Positions 7,041-13,579 of a stretch of 15,268 nucleotides of DNA are shown here, in pieces. Numbering within the stretch: position 1 is the stretch's first letter; each line of letters starts with the position of its first letter. The stretch lies in the IMG/VR virus record IMGVR_UViG_3300022661_000054; one strand, given 5' to 3'. Position numbers and translations under genes: made by a program. The notes beneath the pieces were generated by a model. The model did not search any database. It had not been told where the DNA came from and saw only the letters and a program-made list of their open reading frames with translations. Source of the stretch: a virus (lineage: Duplodnaviria; Heunggongvirae; Uroviricota; Caudoviricetes).

Positions 7041-7901
7041 TTAATATTCATAAGAAGTTCTGAGTTCAGTAAGCATGTGCCGCAAGTAACGATACAGCTT
7101 CTGATTATTGGCTCTATCAATTACATCAAGAATTGCAGTCAGTTTATCTTCTGAAATACTATAGCGGTCCATAAAGTAGTTCTTATATGTAGCAGGTAAC
7201 TTGCTAACAATCTGAATAAGCTTATATGGCCAGAACTCGCTACTATACTCAGTATATTTCGTAAGCTCTCCGTCGGCATTCTGTGCTTTTACAGTTTTCT
7301 TGAAATGCTTTTGTACATCATTGAATGCAATATTGTCAAGCAAGATTGCTTCAATAATTTTATTACGGTTAATATAACTCTGGATAAGCATCACAGCATC
7401 ATCGTCGATGTAACACTCATCTATACACTCGTCAGACTCAAGTACATCTCCGATAGTCTTACCAGCTTCGTCTTCGCCGCCCAAAGGAGTTTCAAGACTA
7501 TAACAGTGATTTACTGCTTTATGCTTATCAAGACGAAGGTCATAGTACTTCTGAAGCTTGATAGTCTCAATACACTTGTTAATGCACTGCTGAGCATTAA
7601 GCTTCTTATCAGGGTCTCTCCAGCCTCTATACTTGCAAGCATACTCGATTGCTTCATAGAGCCACCAGAAGAAATCCTCATGCTCAAGACTAGGTGCTAC
7701 AGTGTTAGATTTATACATCTTATCGATAGTATACCAGAAGCGAAGAATCAGAGCAGAGATGTAAATATCTTTCAATGCTTTGTTATCACTATCGACTGCA
7801 TCACAGTAAGCATCAGCGAGCTCATCAATAGAATAATACTCATAAGGCTTTACAAGTTTGCGAGCCAAAAAGGTCAGATCTCTCTTAGTCTCTCTCAACA
7901 T
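7041..7901 (-). CDS. divergent sigma70-family (SigK/SigE-like) sigma factor candidate, 286 aa (start moved to ATG 7901)
   Basis: Region 2-like LILRFWYTIDKMY...EHEDF...LYEAIEYA...NKCIE; region 3.2-like YSLETPLGGEDEAGKTIGDVLES; region 4.2-like end KLYRYLRHMLTELR; SD TTGGAGGAAATACTA-ATG. Confidence 0.6.
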   Translation of the reverse strand: MLRETKRDLTFLARKLVKPYEYYSIDELADAYCDAVDSDNKALKDIYISALILRFWYTIDKMYKSNTVAPSLEHEDFFWWLYEAIEYACKYRGWRDPDKKLNAQQCINKCIETIKLQKYYDLRLDKHKAVNHCYSLETPLGGEDEAGKTIGDVLESDECIDECYIDDDAVMLIQSYINRNKIIEAILLDNIAFNDVQKHFKKTVKAQNADGELTKYTEYSSEFWPYKLIQIVSKLPATYKNYFMDRYSISEDKLTAILDVIDRANNQKLYRYLRHMLTELRTSYEY

Positions 7902-7936
7902 TAGTATTTCCTCCAAAAAATCTTTAGTATAGTCAT

Positions 7937-7965
7937 ATTATAGCATATTTTGTCAGATTTGTAAA
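7937..7965 (-). promoter_or_regulatory. sigmaA-type promoter, cassette P6 (drives the sigma-like gene)
   Basis: TTTACA (7965-7960)-N17-TATAAT (7942-7937), TGC extension; -35 embedded in an imperfect inverted repeat 7957-7990. Confidence 0.85.
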
Positions 7966-7992
7966 CCCATAAATTGGTTTATTTACAAATTA

Positions 7993-8724
7993 TTAGTAAT
8001 TACTTTTATAGTAAATAAAGTCTTCATCATTACAATCAAGCTTATACCCGCTGTCAGAGCGGTCTGCGATTCTGATAAATGCTTCAAATAAACTGTTAAG
8101 AGCTTTAATTTCAGAAACGTCTACATTTCCGTCACCGTCACAGTGAAGCATCTTAAAGTCAAGATAATACAAATCATCTTCATATTTATTATTAAACTCT
8201 TCAACAGACTTTTGCATTTCGATAACCTCAAATTTAAGATTAGAAAGTCTGTCACAATAATCACGCAGCTCATCACAAAGCTTATCAAAAGACTGAACCA
8301 ACTTAGTAAAACGTACGAGCTCTTCACGATTAGCTTTTACAGAACCATAATTCTCACGGCACCATTCTTTATAATCTTCGTAAGTATCAGAATCAAGGAC
8401 AGACTCAGGAAGCATATGACCGTTGTAATCAGCATCTTTTAAAATAAGATAACCATTAGAACGACCGTTAAAGTATACTTCATAACCAGGATGGCATCTT
8501 CTCCAGTCATCAATCATATAACTAATAGTATCATATTCGCCGTTCTCAAGCAAGCTTAAGGCCGTCCAGCAATTACCGGACAATTCAAGATTATGTACCT
8601 TAACATTATTCGCAATAGAATACAAGCGATTCCAAGAACTCATCGTAGGATATTCAAAATGATTTTTTAAAAAATTAAACATTTGCTTATCGTTAGTAAT
8701 GTCAATTCCGCTTTTGTAAAACAT
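7993..8724 (-). CDS. hypothetical protein, 243 aa (start moved to ATG 8724)
   Basis: TTGGAGGAAATGAAT-ATG; contains FNGRSNGYLIL, similar to an uncharacterised motif in Firmicute mobile elements (from memory). Confidence 0.85.
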   Translation of the reverse strand: MFYKSGIDITNDKQMFNFLKNHFEYPTMSSWNRLYSIANNVKVHNLELSGNCWTALSLLENGEYDTISYMIDDWRRCHPGYEVYFNGRSNGYLILKDADYNGHMLPESVLDSDTYEDYKEWCRENYGSVKANREELVRFTKLVQSFDKLCDELRDYCDRLSNLKFEVIEMQKSVEEFNNKYEDDLYYLDFKMLHCDGDGNVDVSEIKALNSLFEAFIRIADRSDSGYKLDCNDEDFIYYKSNY

Positions 8725-8765
8725 ATTCATTTCCTCCAAAATATGTACTCATAAATTACGATAAT

Positions 8766-8794
8766 ATTATAACATACTTTTCTTGATTTGTAAA
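8766..8794 (-). promoter_or_regulatory. sigmaA-type promoter, cassette P7
   Basis: TTTACA (8794-8789)-N17-TATAAT (8771-8766), TGT extension. Confidence 0.85.
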
Positions 8795-8837
8795 CCCCTT
8801 TTTTGAAAAAAATTATATTTTAATTTTCTTTTTATTT

Positions 8838-9482
8838 TTAATAAACAAATTCACAATGATAGTAGTTGCCATCTTCGTATAATACTTTAGAAATAATCTT
8901 AAAAGCAAGAATCGTCGGTTCATCTTCATCAATAAAACGAAACTTAACATAATCATTTTTATTAAAGTCCGTTAAGAGCTTGCAGCTGATCTTAAGATTA
9001 CCATCACCGAGAAGTTCATAATCGTGCTCTATGATATCAACGATAGGATCCGGGTCTTCGACTTCATCGAGGCATGCTTCAAGGCAATCCTCAGAACCAT
9101 ACTCACCGTCAATCCAAAGGTCTCTCTTATAGATAGTACCGATATTCATTGTGCCATCGTCCTCGTCTTCAATAACAGTTTCTACTTCAATAGAAATATA
9201 TTCTACTTTAGAAGCAGGGTCAGTGCAGTTATCTTCTTCCGCTGCCTGATGAATAATGTCAGCGAGTGTAAGTTGCTTAGCACACTCAACAGCTGCATCA
9301 GGATCAGAAAACTCACTAATCAGCATTTCAGAATCAGTCGGCGCACCGTTAGAATCATAACCGAGAGTCCATACTTCATAGGATACTTCGGTGTCCTCAG
9401 GGATGTCGGTAATATCTTCTGCAATGTACTGAACCAAGTCTTCGTCGTTGATAAGGTCTCTGATATTTTTAATCTCTTTCAT
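8838..9482 (-). CDS. very acidic hypothetical protein, 214 aa
   Basis: GGAGG SD; about 57 D/E vs 14 K/R (hand count). Confidence 0.9.
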   Translation of the reverse strand: MKEIKNIRDLINDEDLVQYIAEDITDIPEDTEVSYEVWTLGYDSNGAPTDSEMLISEFSDPDAAVECAKQLTLADIIHQAAEEDNCTDPASKVEYISIEVETVIEDEDDGTMNIGTIYKRDLWIDGEYGSEDCLEACLDEVEDPDPIVDIIEHDYELLGDGNLKISCKLLTDFNKNDYVKFRFIDEDEPTILAFKIISKVLYEDGNYYHCEFVY

Positions 9483-9512
9483 TATTTTTTCCTCCGTAAA
9501 TTTTATGTTTAT

Positions 9513-9541
9513 ATTATAACATGTTTAAACGAGTTTGTAAA
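9513..9541 (-). promoter_or_regulatory. sigmaA-type promoter, cassette P8
   Basis: TTTACA (9541-9536)-N17-TATAAT (9518-9513), TGT extension. Confidence 0.85.
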
Positions 9542-9562
9542 CTGACAAAATGCACAGAATTT

Positions 9563-9787
9563 TTACATTTTCTGAATGTCCTTATCAATTACATCGACCC
9601 AGCCTTTAAGGATAGACTCCGTATGGAGAAAGGTTCTGAATTCAGGTTTATACTGAGGAAGCTCTTGAATCAAGATTCTATCATCACGGTCTTCAAGTAC
9701 GACCATAGGATTCTGCGGTTCATTAGGATTAAGCCATTCTTTTTTAATTTGTACTAACCATCCGCCCCAATTTTCTGTTTTATTCAT
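9563..9787 (-). CDS. hypothetical protein, 74 aa
   Basis: GAAGGAAGG upstream; sole gene between P9 and P8. Confidence 0.8.
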   Translation of the reverse strand: MNKTENWGGWLVQIKKEWLNPNEPQNPMVVLEDRDDRILIQELPQYKPEFRTFLHTESILKGWVDVIDKDIQKM

Positions 9788-9862
9788 TTTATGTACCTTC
9801 CTTCATTATTTAAATAAACGCGCATGCCGTGCGTACACACGTATTATTTATTTTGTAAATAT

Positions 9863-9891
9863 ATTATAACATATAAATACATATTTGTAAA
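9863..9891 (-). promoter_or_regulatory. sigmaA-type promoter, cassette P9
   Basis: TTTACA (9891-9886)-N17-TATAAT (9868-9863), TGT extension. Confidence 0.85.
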
Positions 9892-9950
9892 TAGGCAAAG
9901 CGCACAAATTTTAAAAATATTTTTATGCGATTTATATAAAATAAAAATAA

Positions 9951-10008
9951 CGTTTATAATTATAAACGAAACCTTATAGTTTGTTAGTAATTATAAACGT
10001 TATAAACA
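9951..10008. repeat. cluster of four TTATAAACR 9-mers including a perfect 18-bp palindrome
   Basis: cgtttataattataaacg (9951-9968); ttataaacg (9991-9999); ttataaaca (10000-10008). Confidence 0.8.
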
Positions 10009-10021
10009 TTATGTATTTAAA

Positions 10022-10387
10022 TTAGATAACTGCGTATCCAGTGCCTGACATACGAGAATTCCAAACGAAGAACAATATATTCTCACCGATCTTAGCAGGA
10101 ATCTTAGCATCACCTTTAGTCATTCTAAAAACATCATTACGAAGTTTTTTAGCACCGGTGGTTACTAAATTCTTCTCTTGCATAACTGCATCGATAATAG
10201 ACATAATCTGAGTTGCATTGCCAGTCATACACGCAGTCTCAAAATCTGGATGCTGTGCTACGTTCGTAGCAAGCAGACTCTGATCGGGTGCCTCAGTAAG
10301 AGAAACTCCCTCAGTAAGATAGTTACCTGTAGTAAGTTCTTCACGAAGCATTTCGCGAAGCATCGCTCTTAATTCACTTTTCTTCAT
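10022..10387 (-). CDS. hypothetical protein, 121 aa, possibly head-packaged
   Basis: MKKSELRAMLREMLREEL N-terminus and repeated LxE motifs; AGAGG SD. Confidence 0.85.
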   Translation of the reverse strand: MKKSELRAMLREMLREELTTGNYLTEGVSLTEAPDQSLLATNVAQHPDFETACMTGNATQIMSIIDAVMQEKNLVTTGAKKLRNDVFRMTKGDAKIPAKIGENILFFVWNSRMSGTGYAVI

Positions 10388-10434
10388 AATTATTAAATAC
10401 CTCTTTTAATTTATATTAATTATTGCGTTTCCGC

Positions 10435-10448
10435 AAATAATTTAGCAA
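10435..10448 (-). promoter_or_regulatory. class II motif TTGCTAAATTATTT
   Basis: Identical to 6224-6237; followed on the minus strand by a TTGCG-GAAA-CGCAA hairpin (10436-10423). Confidence 0.55.
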
Positions 10449-10940
10449 TTAATAATTTAATAATTTAACACTTCCAGTACAAGCAGTTTCCTTTAAATCT
10501 ATAACTCTCTGGTTTGAGGAGCCTCGGTATTTAAGCCGTAGATCCTTCTGCTCTTCTATGAATCGACCGTCTACTATCACATCTATTGCAGAGTTTAAAA
10601 GGTCTTCTGCTACGTCTTCGAATTCATAGCCGGTCCAAATCCAGACAGTCTTAGTTGGATACTTCTCCTTAAACTCTCTAGCAAGTTGGAGTACCTCAGA
10701 TCGATTCTGAGGATGTAGTGGTTCACCTCCTAAGATGCTTAGTCCGCTAATATGTGCCGGTTCTGCTAAAGAAAAAATAGCATCTTTAGTTTGTTTAGTA
10801 AACTTACTGCCACCTTTAAAATCTTTCGCAACTCCATTAAAACATCCAGGACAGTTAAAGTCGCAGCCCTGGACGAAGAGAGATACTCTGCATCCAGGTC
10901 CGTTTGCTATATCAAGTTGTTTAATAATATTATAGTTCAT
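10449..10940 (-). CDS. nrdG: anaerobic ribonucleotide reductase activating enzyme (radical SAM)
   Basis: GPGCRVSLFVQGC-x3-C-x2-CFN, GLSILGGEPL, WIWTGY, RGSSNQR; directly abuts nrdD (TAA-ATG). Confidence 0.97.
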   Translation of the reverse strand: MNYNIIKQLDIANGPGCRVSLFVQGCDFNCPGCFNGVAKDFKGGSKFTKQTKDAIFSLAEPAHISGLSILGGEPLHPQNRSEVLQLAREFKEKYPTKTVWIWTGYEFEDVAEDLLNSAIDVIVDGRFIEEQKDLRLKYRGSSNQRVIDLKETACTGSVKLLNY

Positions 10941-13172
10941 TTAGCACCCACAGTCATGACAGTCTAAGTGTACATAGCGGTCTAGGATTTCTTGGGTTCT
11001 ACCCTGGTTCCAATACTGACTACCTATGTATCCACAAGTTCTTCTAGCGACATTCATCTTAGACTGATCAGTGTTACCGCAGTTAGGGCACTTCCAGATT
11101 AACTTACCTGACTCATCTTCTTCAATAAGGATTTCACGATCCCAGCCGCACACATGACAGTAGTCTGACTTAGTGTTTAACTCAGCGTACATGATGTTAT
11201 CATAGATATACTGAATTACCGTAAGTACTGCTTCTAGATTGTTTTCTAAGTTAGCACTTTCGATGTAACTGATCGCGCCGCCTGATGAGAGCTTCTGGAA
11301 CTTACTTTCTACCTTTAGTTTCTCGAAAGGATCAATGCACTTCTCTACATGGATATGATAGCTGTTAGTGATATAGTTCTTATCGGTAACCCCAGGGATT
11401 TCACCGAATCTCTTCTGAAGACACTTAGCAAACTTGTAAGTTGTGCTTTCTAGCGGCGTACCATAGATACCGAAGCCTAGGTAAAGCTCTTCATTCCACT
11501 CATCACACTTTTTATTCATGTAACGCATGATCTCTAGTCCGAGTTCCTGACCTTCTTCAGTAAGAAGATCCTTACCAATCAATTCTACTACACACTCCCA
11601 AAGTCCAGCATAGCCTAGGCTGATAGTAGAGTAACCGCCAGTGAGTAGCTTATCGATAGTCTCACCTTTCTTTAGTCTAGCAATTGCGCCATGCTGCCAA
11701 AGGATCGGAGCTACATCACTGATAGTGCCCTTTAGTCGATCATAACGACAGAGAAGAGCGCGGTGACACAACTCGAGTACTTCATCGAAGTTCTTCCAGA
11801 AGCTTGCTAGATCCTTAGCATAATTATCTCCTGCTGCAGCACATGCTACATCTACTAGATTAACAGTAACAACACCTTTGTTAAAGCGGCCATACCATTT
11901 CTGCTTACCATCTTCATCATACCAAGGAGAAAGACAGGATCTACATCCCATAGGTGCGAAGCAACCACCTTCTTTTAGTTCCTTCATGATCTTCTCACTA
12001 ATATAATCTGGAACTAAACGCTTAGCACTGCACTTTGCCGCAAGCTTAGTTAAGTACCAGTAGTCAGAATCTGGATATACATTATCTTCTTCTAGAACAT
12101 AGATTAGTTTAGGGAATGCTGGCGTGATCCAAACACCCTTCTCATTCTTGATTCCTTCGTATCTTTGGAGAAGCACTTCTTCGATGATCATTGCTAGGTC
12201 CTTTCTAGTCTGTTCATCTTCCACTTCATTAAGATACATAAATACAGTAATGAAAGGCGCTTGACCGTTAGTAGTCATGAGAGTATTAACCTGGTACTGA
12301 ATAGTTTGCACGCCTCTCTTAACCTCGAGTCGAACTCTCTGTTCTGTAATTTCATCAATTAGCTTTTCTAAGTCTTCACTAACTGGAACTGGCTCACCAT
12401 AATGTAGGGCTGCAGCTTTCTTCTGTTCTTCTACTACTTCTGCTTTGATCTTCTGTCTACTTACATCTACGAAAGGTGCAAGATGTGAGAGCGTGATACT
12501 CTGACCACCATACTGACTACTAGCAACTTGCGCTACGATCTGCGTAGCTACATTACACGCAGTGGAGAAACTGTGCGGTCTTTCAATCAGGGTACCGGAA
12601 ATGACGGTTCCGTTCTGCAGCATGTCTTCTAGATTAACTAAGTCACAGTTATGGATACGCTGCGCAAAGTAATCCATGTCATGGAAGTGAATAGTTCCTT
12701 CATCATGAGCTTTGACTATATCCTTAGGAAGTATTAGCCTACGTGTAAGATCTTTACTGACCTCACCTGCCATGTAGTCGCGCTGCGTAGATGAAATAGT
12801 CGGATTCTTATTAGAGTTCTCTTGTTTAAGTTCTTCGTTACTTAAGTTGATCAAGCTTAAGATCGATTCATCAGTAGTATTAGAATTTCTAACTAATTCT
12901 TTATTGTACCTATATTGTATAAAGGCACGAACGAGATTGTTGTAGTTTCGGTAGATAAGTTCATCTTCGATTAAGTCGTTAATGTCCTCTACCTTAATAG
13001 CTCTTTTATATTCAGAGCATTTCTCTTCTACGATATTTGCAAGCTGATTAATCTTACGTGGACCAATCTGCTTTGACTTAATGATTTCTTTGTTCGCACA
13101 TGAAATCGCTTTGACAATCTTAGATTTATCAAACTCGACTTCACGCCCATCACGTTTAATAACTCTTTGCAT
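10941..13172 (-). CDS. nrdD: class III (anaerobic) ribonucleoside-triphosphate reductase, 743 aa
   Basis: N-terminal ATP cone (VIKRDGREVEFDKSKI), IHFHD, HNCDLVN, PMGCRS, Zn site CHVC...CPNC, glycyl-radical RRTCGYIG. Confidence 0.98.
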   Translation of the reverse strand: MQRVIKRDGREVEFDKSKIVKAISCANKEIIKSKQIGPRKINQLANIVEEKCSEYKRAIKVEDINDLIEDELIYRNYNNLVRAFIQYRYNKELVRNSNTTDESILSLINLSNEELKQENSNKNPTISSTQRDYMAGEVSKDLTRRLILPKDIVKAHDEGTIHFHDMDYFAQRIHNCDLVNLEDMLQNGTVISGTLIERPHSFSTACNVATQIVAQVASSQYGGQSITLSHLAPFVDVSRQKIKAEVVEEQKKAAALHYGEPVPVSEDLEKLIDEITEQRVRLEVKRGVQTIQYQVNTLMTTNGQAPFITVFMYLNEVEDEQTRKDLAMIIEEVLLQRYEGIKNEKGVWITPAFPKLIYVLEEDNVYPDSDYWYLTKLAAKCSAKRLVPDYISEKIMKELKEGGCFAPMGCRSCLSPWYDEDGKQKWYGRFNKGVVTVNLVDVACAAAGDNYAKDLASFWKNFDEVLELCHRALLCRYDRLKGTISDVAPILWQHGAIARLKKGETIDKLLTGGYSTISLGYAGLWECVVELIGKDLLTEEGQELGLEIMRYMNKKCDEWNEELYLGFGIYGTPLESTTYKFAKCLQKRFGEIPGVTDKNYITNSYHIHVEKCIDPFEKLKVESKFQKLSSGGAISYIESANLENNLEAVLTVIQYIYDNIMYAELNTKSDYCHVCGWDREILIEEDESGKLIWKCPNCGNTDQSKMNVARRTCGYIGSQYWNQGRTQEILDRYVHLDCHDCGC

Positions 13173-13226
13173 AGTTAGCGCCTTTCTATTAAATTTTTAT
13201 AGTCAAAGAGTAGATACTCTCGTATT

Positions 13227-13238
13227 TAATTTAGCCAA
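13227..13238 (-). promoter_or_regulatory. class II motif TTGGCTAAATTA upstream of nrdD
   Basis: Exact GCTAAATTA core; followed on the minus strand by the mini-hairpin agagt-agat-actct (13207-13220). Confidence 0.5.
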
Positions 13239-13274
13239 TTTTAAGAGCTTTTTATAGGCCTAAAAATAGGGAAA

Positions 13275-13300
13275 GGACGGTAGATTTTACTCCACCGTCC
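13275..13300 (-). terminator. GC-rich hairpin; probable terminator after 13355..13576
   Basis: Minus strand GGACGGTGG-AGTAAAAT-CTACCGTCC followed by TTTCCCTATTTTT. Confidence 0.65.
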
Positions 13301-13354
13301 CGATGCCAATGGCCTATTCACCCGCACTACCAACATAATATAATACGGTATTTA

Positions 13355-13576
13355 TTAGCCTATTTTCTTATAAAAGGAGAAATAAATTCCAATGCCGTCC
13401 ATGTATAAATAATATTTTTCGGAATTATTTGTTTCAGAAACTACAAACTTTTTGTATTTCATATCTGTCAGATAAAGTGCACCAACTGGCTTACCGTCAA
13501 TATTAAGTAATTCGATAATAGGAGGATTATCAAGTTCGGCGTAGGTCTTAAATAAAGTAGTTAGTGAGTGATCCAT
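13355..13576 (-). CDS. hypothetical protein, 73 aa
   Basis: AGGAAGGA upstream; adjacent to 13580..13981. Confidence 0.75.
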   Translation of the reverse strand: MDHSLTTLFKTYAELDNPPIIELLNIDGKPVGALYLTDMKYKKFVVSETNNSEKYYLYMDGIGIYFSFYKKIG

Positions 13577-13579
13577 AAG

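Noticed and set aside
7982-8012. Plus-strand promoter starting at TTTACA 7982-7987
   Set aside because: No TATAAT at 16-18 nt spacing; the hexamer is explained as one arm of the inverted repeat over the P6 -35
1528-8327. Minus-strand alternate-frame ORFs 1528..1725 and 8121..8327
   Set aside because: Almost entirely nested in better-supported genes, with no SD
19-9906. Repeated intergenic sequences as a CRISPR array or integron attC array
   Set aside because: Spacing is irregular (350-2500 bp), the repeats parse as sigmaA promoters, and there is no cas or integrase gene and no attC-type R/L box structure
3026-13172. Introns, inteins or homing endonucleases in the ligase or nrdD
   Set aside because: Both proteins are of normal length with contiguous motifs; no intein splice motifs or LAGLIDADG/HNH/GIY-YIG ORFs seen
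13320-13350. NrdR box upstream of nrdD (acataatataatacgg)
   Set aside because: Lacks the conserved C and G of the acaCwAtATaTwGtgt consensus
13173-13354. Cobalamin or other known riboswitch in the nrdD leader
   Set aside because: No B12-box or other recognisable aptamer consensus; kept only as an unclassified structured element
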